Below the pieces are notes generated by a model, which was not told the origin of the DNA, searched no databases, and saw nothing but the letters and a program-made list of their open reading frames with translations. The position numbers and the translations under genes are program-made. Below, piece after piece: positions 44,148-54,587 of a stretch of 64,000 nt of DNA (position 1 is its first letter; each line of letters opens with the position of its first letter). The DNA is taken from IMG/VR virus record IMGVR_UViG_3300025684_000015, positions 33,887 through 97,886 of that record. One strand, 5' to 3'. This stretch comes from a virus.

Positions 44148-45866
44148 TTATGCATTCATTTTACTAAAATTTTTGTCTTTTATGAATTCAATCTTAGATT
44201 TGAATTTACCATCTAAGATATCTCCTTTATGTGATATCACAAATACGTTTGTATCTTCTGTTAATGTAGATAAAATCTTAAGGAGATTTTCTACTCCATC
44301 TACATCAAGTGAAGAATCAAATGTCTCATCAAGAATCAAAAGATTTGTTGAGATTGAATTCTTCATCTTAGCAATTTGTCTCCACGTAAAGAGTAAAGCC
44401 AAATCGATTCTTTGTTTCTCACCTTCAGAGAAGGAAGCATAAGTAAACTCATCACGATGACGTGATCGAATAGTTTCTTGGAATGATTCGTCCAAATCAA
44501 AATGAACGAAGAAATCAAGCACTTGTAAATATTGATTAACGAGATTATTTATAACTGGTAAATACTGTTTTATAATCTTTGTCTTGATACCAGTATCTTT
44601 TAGCATTTCACCAATTACTTCGTTGTACGATCTTTGCTCACTGAGAAATAACCTTTGCTCCTGATAGGTATCTTTTTGATCTGATAAGTTCTGAAGAGTC
44701 TCCGTTGCTTCTGCCAGATCTCCTCCTCCACCTTCGATTTTGGTAAGATCACTTCTTTTAACTGATAGTCCAGACGAAATCTGCCCAAGTCTCTTATTGT
44801 TAGTGAGTAATAAATGCTGTTTGTTCGCGATAGCCTGGTGTACCTTATTCGCGACGTTAAGATCTGATTCAGTTTGACCTGATTCTTGAGAGATAGTGTT
44901 AAGTTTTGAACTAATGGTTTTTGCAGAAGAAGTTGCATCGGCGATTTTTGACGAGCGTAATTCGCTACCAATATCTTGGGAACAAGTTGGGCACGTGGTG
45001 TTATCTTCGAAGAACTTCGTTTCTTTGACGAGCTTTTTAATTTCTGATTTGAGCTCATGTTCATGCTCCTTTAATGAAGACTGTTTTGAATTTAATTTAG
45101 CTAAAGTCTCTGAAACCTTTTGCGTATTGGATTCAATGAACGTCCCGAGCTCAGAGTTTTCGTTCGTGAGTCTTGTCTGTTCTTCCTCAAGTTCAATAAT
45201 TTCCTCTTTAATCTTATCCGCGTATTCTTTATTAAGCGCTTTAACATCTTTGATATACTTCTTTTGTGTATCAACTTTATTAACAATGAGATCTAATTGA
45301 TAAGAAATTTCGTTTGTTTTATCTTTTAAGATGCCATTCTTTTCACGCAGTAATTGATTCATTTTAGAGAATACGTTAATATCCAACAAGTCTTCAATTA
45401 CTTCACGTCTATGGCCACCAGGTAGTTGCATAAAGGGAATGAATGAGGAAGAACCCAATACAACTACCTGATGGAACGTTTTATGCGTTAACTTAAGAAT
45501 ATTTTGTTCTATGATTTTTTGATATTCTTTAGAATGAGATGCTTGATCAATCATTGATCCATTCTGCCAAATCTCAAAAATTCCTGGTTTAATACCACGC
45601 ACAATTTTATATTCTACATTGCCAACAGCAAATTCTACTTCTACAACACAATCTTTCTTATTGATTGAGTTAACCAATTGTGGTTTATTAATATTACGGT
45701 GTGGTTTACCAAATAACGCAAATGAAATAGCATCTAGCATTGTTGATTTGCCAGAACCATTATGGCCAATAATCAATGTTGATTGGCTTTTATTCAAATG
45801 GATTTCAGTAAACTTATTACCAGTAGATAAAAAGTTTTTATATTTTATAGATTTAAATAATAGCAT
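44148..45866 (-). CDS. gp46: Recombination endonuclease subunit (gp46, Rad50-like)
   Basis: NGSGKST, CPTC zinc hook, FSEGEKQRID, LDETFD. Confidence 0.97.
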   Translation of the reverse strand: MLLFKSIKYKNFLSTGNKFTEIHLNKSQSTLIIGHNGSGKSTMLDAISFALFGKPHRNINKPQLVNSINKKDCVVEVEFAVGNVEYKIVRGIKPGIFEIWQNGSMIDQASHSKEYQKIIEQNILKLTHKTFHQVVVLGSSSFIPFMQLPGGHRREVIEDLLDINVFSKMNQLLREKNGILKDKTNEISYQLDLIVNKVDTQKKYIKDVKALNKEYADKIKEEIIELEEEQTRLTNENSELGTFIESNTQKVSETLAKLNSKQSSLKEHEHELKSEIKKLVKETKFFEDNTTCPTCSQDIGSELRSSKIADATSSAKTISSKLNTISQESGQTESDLNVANKVHQAIANKQHLLLTNNKRLGQISSGLSVKRSDLTKIEGGGGDLAEATETLQNLSDQKDTYQEQRLFLSEQRSYNEVIGEMLKDTGIKTKIIKQYLPVINNLVNQYLQVLDFFVHFDLDESFQETIRSRHRDEFTYASFSEGEKQRIDLALLFTWRQIAKMKNSISTNLLILDETFDSSLDVDGVENLLKILSTLTEDTNVFVISHKGDILDGKFKSKIEFIKDKNFSKMNA

Positions 45867-45871
45867 TCAAC

Positions 45872-46933
45872 TCACACTACTTCGAGGGATTGCGCCTCGG
45901 TCATAAGATCTGTCATTTCATTTTTAATACGATCTTTATTTAGATCCGTATCAACATTATCAATATATGCACTTAAGAGTTGTGAAGTATCTTCAACAGA
46001 TATACCATCATCTGATACATTTTCACCAATAAACTCCTGAAAATTCTCAGCAATTTTAAGTTCATAGATATCTTGATTCGAAATCTTATCAATAAATCGG
46101 TCAAAAGTAAATGATTCAGACTTATTTACTACAATAACTTTTACAAATTTGTTGGTAAGATCTTTTATCTTATAGTTATTATAATCTATTTCTTTGTCAT
46201 TGTACACAATTTTTTCGTACAAAGTGTGCGGATTTCTCACGGGTGTAAGTTCACGAGTTTTTGTATCTAATACGTGAAAATACTTAGGATCTCCACAATC
46301 AGACCAAGTCAATTCCATTTGACTACCAAGGTATTTAACATTGCCTTGTTCCGATTTAGTATGGAAATGCCCAGACATAACTAATTCAAATTTTTTGAAA
46401 ATGGTTGGATCCATTCCACCATTATTAGTAACACCTCTCATCATTTCAAATCCATTTAATTCTAGATGAGCACCAATAATTTGAGCATCACATGATTGAA
46501 TCCAATCAACTGTAGCTTTATAGTTTTCACTAGTAATCCATGGAATTAATCCCAACTTAAGACCATCATAGTCCATAACAGTTGGCTCCATAATAATATG
46601 AACGTTATTCATATAATGCCCAAGAAACTCTTTTAGCGAGTTTAGCTCATTAGTATTTTTATAATACGTATCATGATTACCAGGAATAATATCCATAGTC
46701 ATACCATTATCGCGTAATGGATCTAAGAATACTTTACGATTATGATTAACCGCTTTAACATTAATTTGTTTACGGTTATCGTAATAATCACCTAAATGTA
46801 GTACATGCGTGATTTTGTTTTCAATACAATATGGAAAAAAAGTATCGGTATAAAATCTAGTCTGATTTTCTAAAAAAATATCAGAAGAATTCCTGACATC
46901 ACAGTGTGTGTCATTCAGTATCGCCACTTTCAT
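45872..46933 (-). CDS. gp47: Recombination endonuclease subunit (gp47, Mre11-like)
   Basis: DTH, HLGD, GNHD, SGHFH. Confidence 0.97.
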   Translation of the reverse strand: MKVAILNDTHCDVRNSSDIFLENQTRFYTDTFFPYCIENKITHVLHLGDYYDNRKQINVKAVNHNRKVFLDPLRDNGMTMDIIPGNHDTYYKNTNELNSLKEFLGHYMNNVHIIMEPTVMDYDGLKLGLIPWITSENYKATVDWIQSCDAQIIGAHLELNGFEMMRGVTNNGGMDPTIFKKFELVMSGHFHTKSEQGNVKYLGSQMELTWSDCGDPKYFHVLDTKTRELTPVRNPHTLYEKIVYNDKEIDYNNYKIKDLTNKFVKVIVVNKSESFTFDRFIDKISNQDIYELKIAENFQEFIGENVSDDGISVEDTSQLLSAYIDNVDTDLNKDRIKNEMTDLMTEAQSLEVV

Positions 46934-47126
46934 TAGACAATTTCTCCTTTACTTCCGCAACATTATCAATTTTTCTTAAGACAACATAACCATCAAAAAT
47001 ATCAAATGATAACATATCGCCTTCTTTAGCATCAATTTGTTCTAGGATTTCATCGGGAATAGGGAGGATAAGATCTTCACCATCTTCAATAACTGTTGTA
47101 GTATAACGCTTTACTAGTTCACTCAT
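46911..47126 (-). CDS. AbrB/MazE-like small DNA-binding protein
   Basis: LILPIPDEIL...KEGD.L pattern. Confidence 0.55.
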   Translation of the reverse strand: MSELVKRYTTTVIEDGEDLILPIPDEILEQIDAKEGDMLSFDIFDGYVVLRKIDNVAEVKEKLSNESGDTE

Positions 47127-47719
47127 TCTAAAAACTCCGTTAAATCTGAGTCTACACTTTTAGTACGCTTTTTACGTACCTTCTCTTTTTTTACAAGCTC
47201 TTTAACTTCACCATCAACATGACGTACACGTTCAATTCTATCTTTCAAAGAATCGACAAAACTACCAATGGTATATTGACTCATTGCATCATTATCATCT
47301 GACGTAATAAAGTTTTCAATACCAGAACTAGTAAGATACTTCATCTTAATTTCTTGTTGTTTTTTCTCTTTTGCAATTCTACGTAAAAACGCATACCAAG
47401 TGATTTGTGTAAAGTACGCAAAAGCATTTGGTTTACCAGTTCTAGTTGCTGCTTCAATATCGTAATTATGAATAGCCTTTAAGCAATTTTCAACTGCGTC
47501 CATAACCATTTCTTCACGATAAGTATAGCGAATAAAATTGGCTTTATGCGATAATCCTTCGGCAATACGTAAGAAACATTGCGCAATATAATCTGGGACT
47601 TTTGGGATTTCAGTTTTAGTTGTTCTAGCTTCATTAACTGTACGAACGTAGTCAACAACCGATTGAGAAAACTGAGCATTATTTACATAATGAATACTTT
47701 CTCTTTTAGTTCTAGCCAT
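47123..47719 (-). CDS. gp55: Late sigma factor (gp55)
   Basis: HYVNN, IAEGLS.K.NF..YTY.EEM, NAFAYFTQI...AF.RRI.KEK. Confidence 0.96.
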   Translation of the reverse strand: MARTKRESIHYVNNAQFSQSVVDYVRTVNEARTTKTEIPKVPDYIAQCFLRIAEGLSHKANFIRYTYREEMVMDAVENCLKAIHNYDIEAATRTGKPNAFAYFTQITWYAFLRRIAKEKKQQEIKMKYLTSSGIENFITSDDNDAMSQYTIGSFVDSLKDRIERVRHVDGEVKELVKKEKVRKKRTKSVDSDLTEFLE

Positions 47720-47754
47720 ATCAGTTCCTATACATATAATTCATTTTATAGTTT

Positions 47755-47884
47755 ATTATATACCATCATGTAGCAAAAGTACACTATTAAATTTGCGCTT
47801 GAGTAAAAAAAATAGTTGTGTACAGATGTGCATATCCATGGTATAATAAAGAGTAATCCGGAGAGAAGGGGATATACCTTTAAT
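47755..47884. promoter_or_regulatory. Divergent promoter pair: minus-strand promoter for gp55 and plus-strand promoter with conserved purine-rich leader
   Basis: Minus: TGTACT-17-TATAAT; plus: TGTACA(47819)-17-TATAAT(47842) then AGAGTAATCCGGAGAGAAGGGGATATACCTT. Confidence 0.65.
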
Positions 47885-48374
47885 GGAATGTCTTTGGAAA
47901 TTTAATTACTTTACTGTCTGAATTAATTTCAGTAGATTCGGAGTTTTCATCCATTTCTGCAATTTCAGAAATTTCTTCATCCATTGTAGCAGCCAAATTT
48001 TCCAAGTACTCTTCCAATTCTTCGTCATCCATACCATAGACATCATCTAATGGTAAATCTCTCTTGACAGTAGTACTACTATTTATCATCTCTAATATTA
48101 CATTGGAATAGTGTTTCATTAAAGAATCAGATGGTGTTGCTTCAGAAATAACATGTCCAGAATTTAGCGTCTGCATCATTTCTGGATCATCTTGAAAACC
48201 CATCCATGGTCTAAAGGCAAAAAATCTAGTTTTAGTTTCTGGGTCAATTCCCTGAATTAGTTTTAGTGCAGCTCTTACTAGAATTGCTGAATTTTCTTCA
48301 TTATCCCATTCTATTACTTCACAAATAATCTCATCATCATTAGTCAGTTTAAACTGTTTGATTTGAAGATCCAT
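47880..48374 (-). CDS. Conserved T4-like hypothetical (Sm-like N-domain, acidic tail)
   Basis: KL.N.DEIIC, F.PWM; C-terminal KVIKFP.TFH. Confidence 0.65.
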   Translation of the reverse strand: MDLQIKQFKLTNDDEIICEVIEWDNEENSAILVRAALKLIQGIDPETKTRFFAFRPWMGFQDDPEMMQTLNSGHVISEATPSDSLMKHYSNVILEMINSSTTVKRDLPLDDVYGMDDEELEEYLENLAATMDEEISEIAEMDENSESTEINSDSKVIKFPKTFH

Positions 48375-49887
48375 TAATTTTTACCTTATATGTTTTGTTA
48401 TTAAAGTTTTCACGATTGTAAATTTTGTACCGCTCATCGGAATGTAAATATGCAAAGTTAACATGTTGGGTATTCTTCAAATCATCAATAATATCATATA
48501 ACGTGGTTGGTTCACCATTATCAGATTTTCTTAATCCTCTACCAATTGATTGAAGAACTCTTATCTGAGATTTAGACGGTGACGCAAATATAATGTTATG
48601 CAAATTGCGAATATTAATCCCAGTACTGAAAGTACCAAGACTAGCAACAATAATTGAATTCTTTTGTTTCTCCACAATTCCTCTTATAGCTTCTCGATCA
48701 GAAGTATCAACTTGGCCAGATACAAAAAACACTTTTCTTTTTTCGTCTACCTTACTATTTATCATATCGAAAAGTGGCTTCCCGTGCTTCTCAACATAGT
48801 TAAATAAGACTAACGTATTACCTTTTTGATCCACCGCCAAATTTCTAATAAAGTTATTGCGTTTCTCGTTAGACACAATCCATTCGATTTCTTCTTGATA
48901 TGTTCTTTTTCCAAAGTCTTCTCTAGATTCTTGGTCATAATCCAATACAATCCTTTTAATATTGAGTTGTGCTAGAGTGTCATTATCCTGAAGTGCTTTC
49001 GTAGTTGTAACTTTATATATCTTACCAAATAAGCCTTGAAGTACAAGTTCATGTGTTTGTGTTCCATCGAGTGTTCCTGTAGTACCAAATCTATATGCAG
49101 CTTCTGTGCACTTATTCATAATTTGCATTAATGATTTAGACTTAAATCCATGGCACTCATCTCCAACAATCATACCAAATTGTTGAAACCATGCTTTTGG
49201 TAATTTATAAATTGATTGCCATGTAGAAATAATAATAGGGCAACTAGTATCTTTATCTTTACCAGAATAAATTTTGTGGCTTAATCCCTTTGGCATTCCG
49301 TAAGACACAAAATCATTATCCATTTGTTCTACTAAAGATGTTGTAGGAACAATTACAAGCACCTTTTGTTTTTTCTCAGCATATTTCATTAAAAAATAAC
49401 TAGCTAAAGAATAAATTATTAAAGATTTACCTGAACCAGTTGGAGATAACAATATTGCTCTTTTTCTTCGAAGACCTTCCATTACAGCTAAATACTGATA
49501 TTCGCGAATTTTAAATGGTAAATTTAACCGATCAATAAAAGATAATAACTCTTTAGCATTAGGTCTTTCTTCAGAATAAACTGGACCATATTTTTCTGAA
49601 ACAACTGGTACTATATTATAGCCCCGCGTTTCACCGAATTTAAGTAAATGGTATATTAAACCAGCAGGCAATTCATTACTATTAGTGTCAAACAGTCGGA
49701 TTTTTCCATCCCATATACGCCGTTTAAAGGCAGGCATATATTGATAACCAGGAACAAAGAAAGAAAAAAACTCTTTTAGCTCTGCGGCTTGTCCGAAATT
49801 GCACTCAATATAAAGATTAGCATGATCTAGTTTCCAGATTCGAATTGTTTCCATCGTATAATGTTGCTTATCGTTTGGTGGCGCCAA
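48349..49887 (-). CDS. uvsW: RNA-DNA/DNA-DNA helicase UvsW
   Basis: WDGKIRLF, SPTGSGKS, DECH, QSIGRGLR. Confidence 0.96.
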   Translation of the reverse strand: MAPPNDKQHYTMETIRIWKLDHANLYIECNFGQAAELKEFFSFFVPGYQYMPAFKRRIWDGKIRLFDTNSNELPAGLIYHLLKFGETRGYNIVPVVSEKYGPVYSEERPNAKELLSFIDRLNLPFKIREYQYLAVMEGLRRKRAILLSPTGSGKSLIIYSLASYFLMKYAEKKQKVLVIVPTTSLVEQMDNDFVSYGMPKGLSHKIYSGKDKDTSCPIIISTWQSIYKLPKAWFQQFGMIVGDECHGFKSKSLMQIMNKCTEAAYRFGTTGTLDGTQTHELVLQGLFGKIYKVTTTKALQDNDTLAQLNIKRIVLDYDQESREDFGKRTYQEEIEWIVSNEKRNNFIRNLAVDQKGNTLVLFNYVEKHGKPLFDMINSKVDEKRKVFFVSGQVDTSDREAIRGIVEKQKNSIIVASLGTFSTGINIRNLHNIIFASPSKSQIRVLQSIGRGLRKSDNGEPTTLYDIIDDLKNTQHVNFAYLHSDERYKIYNRENFNNKTYKVKINGSSNQTV

Positions 49888-50273
49888 TTAAGATTTCCTA
49901 CTATTTCTTGAAGTGTTTCGGTTATAGTTTTCCAATACTGAATTAGCTCTTCACTTTTTTGAATTTCTGGATCTGAATCGTAATAGTGATCCATATCCCC
50001 TTTCATAATTTTTAATCCATTAAATGGATCTGGGTCCCACCCATGTTCTTCCATCTCTTCCTGAGACATCTTACCATTATACCAAAGCCACTTATATTTT
50101 AATAGTGTCTTTTGTCGCATTTCACTTTTCTTCAACTTAATTTTAGCTTGTGCTAAAAGTTGTAGATATTTTGCATGCAGTTGAGGGGTATCACGGGAAG
50201 ATTCATCAAGCTTAGCGTTATTAATTCGTGAGTCTTCTGCCCACATGTCGAGAATAGTCTCAAGCTCTTTCAT
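49827..50273 (-). CDS. uvsY: Recombination mediator UvsY
   Basis: W..DS.I, LHAKY, I.N.I.W..F.SG; adjacent to uvsW. Confidence 0.9.
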   Translation of the reverse strand: MKELETILDMWAEDSRINNAKLDESSRDTPQLHAKYLQLLAQAKIKLKKSEMRQKTLLKYKWLWYNGKMSQEEMEEHGWDPDPFNGLKIMKGDMDHYYDSDPEIQKSEELIQYWKTITETLQEIVGNLNWRHQTISNIIRWKQFESGN

Positions 50274-50299
50274 AATATAACTCCATTGTATAGGATTAT

Positions 50300-50797
50300 C
50301 TATATAAATTCAAAATACGTAAATCTGAACGAAACTGTAAATGTTATAAATTCTGTACCACTTGCGGTAGATTCAAATTGAATATCACCTAATGCTGTTG
50401 GGCAACATTCTAAATATTTTACTTGTTTAGTTGTATTGTTTTGGCTTGATAAAATAGATAAAGTAATATCTGAATAAGTTGGAGCGCTACTAGCATTTCT
50501 ATCTAGTGCTGATACTGGTAGATTATCAACTACTCTACGAATCCAAGCATACATTTCATTATATGCTGTCATATCTTCATCTAAAATAATATTAGCAGAT
50601 AGCTCATTAAATGTTAGTGAACCACCAACGATTGGTACCCCTTGAATTTTTCTAAAAGGTACTTCGGATGGATTTAAAATCATACCAGGATGAGTAACTG
50701 TTTGCGCAAAATATTCTAAGTTTGGATAGTTCTCGCGATCAATTACTAGTTTATAACTGGTAGGTTGCAAGTAATTTAAATTTGTAGTTAATGCCAT
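50300..50797 (-). CDS. gp3: Tail completion/tube terminator (gp3)
   Basis: N.LQP..Y, F.Q.V..PG, LDED...Y.E.Y.W. Confidence 0.85.
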   Translation of the reverse strand: MALTTNLNYLQPTSYKLVIDRENYPNLEYFAQTVTHPGMILNPSEVPFRKIQGVPIVGGSLTFNELSANIILDEDMTAYNEMYAWIRRVVDNLPVSALDRNASSAPTYSDITLSILSSQNNTTKQVKYLECCPTALGDIQFESTASGTEFITFTVSFRFTYFEFI

Positions 50798-50819
50798 TCT
50801 AGTATCTCCAATACAATAC

Positions 50820-50827
50820 TATTTATA
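50820..50827 (-). promoter_or_regulatory. T4-type late promoter TATAAATA
   Basis: Exact motif upstream of gp3. Confidence 0.8.
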
Positions 50828-50851
50828 TCAATTATAAACCATTATTTAAGC

Positions 50852-50879
50852 AAAAAAAGAGAGCCCCGAAGGGCTCTCT
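50852..50879 (-). terminator. Rho-independent terminator after gp23
   Basis: AGAGAGCCC-TTCG-GGGCTCTCT-TTTTTT (cUUCGg tetraloop). Confidence 0.92.
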
Positions 50880-50913
50880 AAGTAAGCATTAATATTATTA
50901 TTATTACAGTGTC

Positions 50914-52272
50914 TTATGCGAGGATATTGTCTACGCGGAAGATTCTGTAGTACTGGTTTGAACGATCGGCAGCCAAACCAGAAGCAGGAGACGAACCAAC
51001 GAATGGGTTTGAAGCCATACCGTAGCGAGTCTTAAAGCCAATCTTAGGCTGGAAAGTATCTTCACCAACCGCACGTACCATTGTTAATGGAACGTATGGG
51101 CAATAGAAGAGACCTGCGTCATATGGGTTAGTACCCTTATAACCAACGTTGATGTAATCAGCAGTTGCATATGGATCAATGTAAACCCGTGTGCGACCAT
51201 TAAGAACACCAGCGAATGTGTTACCAGTATCGTCAACGTTCAAGTTAGTTGCCATTGCTGGATTATAGTCAAGCATACCAGAAGCAGCAAGAGCAGAAGC
51301 AACATCTGAAGAACAGATGATGAAGTTACCTTTACCACGACGAGTTTCTTTAGCAATTACGTTAGACTCACGCTCGATCTGAAGGATCAGACCTTTGAAC
51401 TTCTCAACAGACCAACGTCCATCAGCATCAGTTGCAAGATCGAAGATACCAGCAGTCTGGATACCAGCCTGGCGTGAACCAATCTTAGCTTGAGCATTGA
51501 TAGTGCGAATAACTTCGCGGTTGATTTCAGCCAAGATCTCAGTTGAGAGAATGTTAGCCAATTCTGTTTCAGCATCCAAGCCATGAATAGCTTTAAGATC
51601 CTGAGCGAGTTCCAAGGTGTACTCAGCTTTCAATGCCCGGCTTTTCGCAGTCACTGTAGCTTTTTCGATGGTGAAGCCCATTTGAGCAAAATCTTCGCCA
51701 CCTGATACGCCAAGAGCTTCTGCTTCTGAAGTCTCATACGCATCGCCTTTATAAGGAACGTAGGTTGAACCTGAATCAACAATAGATGAATCAGTATCTG
51801 TATCAGTTGCACCAGCCAAACCTGATGGTCCGCGTGAACCGTTACCAGTTGTTGCTGAGTCACCTGAGTAACCAACAGCTGCTTCGTTAAAGAGAGCTTC
51901 GCTGCCTGCTGATACGCCGGCTTTTGACTTCTGGTAAGTTGACTTCATTGCGAAGATCAAACCAGTTGGACCAGTCATTGGCTGTACACCACAAACGTCG
52001 TATGCCATAAGGTTAGGCATTGCACGTCTTACAAGTGCAATCAGAACTGGGTTCCAGTTTGCACCAGTTGTGCCATGAGCTGCACCAGTTACAGATGCAT
52101 TTGTGTTATCTTCATGAAGCATACCTTCTTCGCGAAGTGCACGCTCTTGGTTTTCGAGAACCGCTGCAGTAACTGCACGGCGATGGCTGTCTTTAATAGA
52201 ACCGGCTGTCTCTTCGTTAAGAACTGGAGACCACTTTTCTACAAGACGATCGTAAGAAATAGTGTTATTCAT
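50914..52272 (-). CDS. gp23: Major capsid protein (gp23)
   Basis: GVQPMTGPTGLIFAM, KSRALKAEYTLELAQDLKAIHG, QPKIGFKTRYG. Confidence 0.99.
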   Translation of the reverse strand: MNNTISYDRLVEKWSPVLNEETAGSIKDSHRRAVTAAVLENQERALREEGMLHEDNTNASVTGAAHGTTGANWNPVLIALVRRAMPNLMAYDVCGVQPMTGPTGLIFAMKSTYQKSKAGVSAGSEALFNEAAVGYSGDSATTGNGSRGPSGLAGATDTDTDSSIVDSGSTYVPYKGDAYETSEAEALGVSGGEDFAQMGFTIEKATVTAKSRALKAEYTLELAQDLKAIHGLDAETELANILSTEILAEINREVIRTINAQAKIGSRQAGIQTAGIFDLATDADGRWSVEKFKGLILQIERESNVIAKETRRGKGNFIICSSDVASALAASGMLDYNPAMATNLNVDDTGNTFAGVLNGRTRVYIDPYATADYINVGYKGTNPYDAGLFYCPYVPLTMVRAVGEDTFQPKIGFKTRYGMASNPFVGSSPASGLAADRSNQYYRIFRVDNILA

Positions 52273-52286
52273 TTTAGTGACACTCC

Positions 52287-53348
52287 TTATTTAGATGTCT
52301 TTTTAATAGCTGACAGATATGAATTCATAACATCAGAAGATTCGACTTCATAAGCACCTTCTTCGTCAATTACTTCTTCTGCAACTGTCGTTGATTTATT
52401 GAAATAAGATTCTTTTACTGTTGCTACTTTGGCTGCAAATACATCTGCAGTATCAAAATCAACATCAGCTACAAGAGACTTAAGTTTTTCGACTTGAGTT
52501 TCTGCAAGATCACGAGAAGCTTCACGAATGATTTGCTCCCGCTTAAGAACTTCCAGTTCCTCTGCCATCACGATGGCTTTACCAGTCTGAGCGTTAAGTT
52601 GCTCTTCGAGCTCACTAACTTCAGCTGCTAATTCGTCAACCAGGTCGACTTTAGACTCAGGTACTTCGATATAAGATTCTGTGAACAGATCTTTCAAAGA
52701 AGTCATAAACTTCTCAGCAATTTCAGTTCTCAGACCAGATTCGATAGCAACCTTATTGTCTTCCATCCATTGTTCGACAACATAGTTCAGGTATGAATCT
52801 ACCTTCTCTACAAGATCTTGTTTTGTATTAGTTACTTCTTCAGCAATTTCTTCTTCGTATTTAGCTTCAAGACGATCAATCTCTTCTGCTAATTTAGATT
52901 TAATGGCTGCTTCGAAAATAACTTCAGCTTTAGATTTGAATTCTTCAGAAAGTGTAGCTTCTGATTGAACTAAAGCATTAAGGTCTTGTGAAAAATCAGC
53001 TTTATACGCGAAATCAGATTCTGCAATCTGCTCGCCTTCTACTGCTTCTACACCTTCGGCCTTATAGTTATACATTGCCGCAAGCTGTTCTCTGTTCATT
53101 GTCTGCATTTTGCCAACTGTAGCTGCAATTAAACCAGCTTTAGTCTTAGGCATTGGTTCTGCATTTTTAGCATCTTTTGCAGCACCCTTACCATTACGGC
53201 CAGCAACTGATGTAGCATCAGCAGCTTTATCCGCATCCGCAACAGATTGTGCTTCGGCGTTCTTCGGATCATGAGCTTCTTCCACAACTTCGTCCTCAAC
53301 TTCGTCGTGGAGTTCTACGTCCTGATCAATTTCATACTTATCAGTCAT
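52287..53348 (-). CDS. gp22: Prohead scaffolding protein (gp22)
   Basis: LSEEFK.KA..IFEAA, VDSYLNYVVE.W; position. Confidence 0.93.
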   Translation of the reverse strand: MTDKYEIDQDVELHDEVEDEVVEEAHDPKNAEAQSVADADKAADATSVAGRNGKGAAKDAKNAEPMPKTKAGLIAATVGKMQTMNREQLAAMYNYKAEGVEAVEGEQIAESDFAYKADFSQDLNALVQSEATLSEEFKSKAEVIFEAAIKSKLAEEIDRLEAKYEEEIAEEVTNTKQDLVEKVDSYLNYVVEQWMEDNKVAIESGLRTEIAEKFMTSLKDLFTESYIEVPESKVDLVDELAAEVSELEEQLNAQTGKAIVMAEELEVLKREQIIREASRDLAETQVEKLKSLVADVDFDTADVFAAKVATVKESYFNKSTTVAEEVIDEEGAYEVESSDVMNSYLSAIKKTSK

Positions 53349-53361
53349 AATTGACTCCTAT

Positions 53362-54018
53362 TTATCTAATTTTGAGTAACGAGAGGAAATTTTTAAACTC
53401 ACGAACCTGAGTCTCATAAAGATCAGATCGTGGAGCCTTTTTAATTTCAGTCTCCATTTTTTCAATTGTTTGTGCTTGAATAATACCGTTATTCCAAACC
53501 CATTCTACGCCTTCCATAATCCCATTAACGAAAGCAGACGGTGCAGATGGATCTTGTACTATATCAATTGCGTTAAGTAGGAAATCTTCTTTCACTACCA
53601 TAGCGCCGTTTTGTTGCATCAAACTTCCCATACCACGAGTCGAAACACCCAGTCCGACGCCACCATCGAGTAGACCTTGAACGATCATACCCATAGGAGT
53701 GTCTAGTACTGAGGCCTTTCCCACAACATCGTTTCCTGACCAAGTCAAAGATTCGATTTTGTGTGAAACTTTATCAAGGTTAACTGTTGGACCCTCAGGG
53801 TGATTCAATTCACCAACAGCTCTACCTTTTGAAACTTGTACGTCGTTATATCTACCAATAGCTTTTTCCATTATAGCTTTGGGATAAATTCGACCATTTC
53901 TATTCTTTTGATCGGCCTGAGCAAAGATACCTTCGATGAAGTACTTTTTACCACCACCGGCCTTTGCCTCGGTAAGTACTTCTAAACTTTGATCAGTATA
54001 TTCTGCAATAAGCTTCAT
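53362..54018 (-). CDS. gp21: Prohead protease (gp21)
   Basis: NRNGRIY, GELNHP, GVSTRGMGS, DIV.DPSAP.AFV. Confidence 0.97.
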   Translation of the reverse strand: MKLIAEYTDQSLEVLTEAKAGGGKKYFIEGIFAQADQKNRNGRIYPKAIMEKAIGRYNDVQVSKGRAVGELNHPEGPTVNLDKVSHKIESLTWSGNDVVGKASVLDTPMGMIVQGLLDGGVGLGVSTRGMGSLMQQNGAMVVKEDFLLNAIDIVQDPSAPSAFVNGIMEGVEWVWNNGIIQAQTIEKMETEIKKAPRSDLYETQVREFKNFLSLLKIR

Positions 54019-54022
54019 AAGC

Positions 54023-54229
54023 TCAGCCCTTATATTGTTTAACGAATTCTAAACCAGCTTTCTCAGCCTCTTTCTGAGACTTATAAGAATCTAATGCTTC
54101 TCCATCGACATAGGTAATAAACTTACCTTTATCTAAATGAATCATGACCTGCACACCTTTGATTTTTTTATCAAAGACGTGTTTACCGGCCGGCATTTTT
54201 TGTTCTCTTAATTGTGAAAACTGTTTCAT
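54023..54229 (-). CDS. Small prohead core protein (gp68 position)
   Basis: MKQFSQLRE leader; position between portal and protease. Confidence 0.55.
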   Translation of the reverse strand: MKQFSQLREQKMPAGKHVFDKKIKGVQVMIHLDKGKFITYVDGEALDSYKSQKEAEKAGLEFVKQYKG

Positions 54230-54248
54230 TTAAAATTACCTTCGTATA

Positions 54249-54256
54249 TATTTATA
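54249..54256 (-). promoter_or_regulatory. T4-type late promoter TATAAATA
   Basis: Exact motif in intergenic region. Confidence 0.8.
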
Positions 54257-54309
54257 TGTTTTTTATTTTCTACTTAGAGGCTTTTTTACGAATTGTCTTC
54301 TTCATCTTC

Positions 54310-54585
54310 TTAGGCACCGGAATCTGATTCATCTGATTCTTCATCATCGGTTTCGAGTTCTTCTGTGGAGTCGGTCTCGACATTCTCATCTTCATTTTCC
54401 TCTGCATCTAAGTCATTATAAATTTGACCAGCCACTTCAATCTTTTTTTGGTCTAAAATATCATTTAATTTTACTGTCATCATATTATTAAATACTGAAT
54501 TAGCTTTATTGTAATCTTGATCTAATGCATGTTGCACTAAATCTTCGATTGGATTTGGTATTACTTCACCGTCAATGTCTGACAT
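54310..54585 (-). CDS. Prohead core protein (gp67-like)
   Basis: Acidic tail; directly downstream of portal. Confidence 0.65.
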   Translation of the reverse strand: MSDIDGEVIPNPIEDLVQHALDQDYNKANSVFNNMMTVKLNDILDQKKIEVAGQIYNDLDAEENEDENVETDSTEELETDDEESDESDSGA

Positions 54586-54587
54586 AA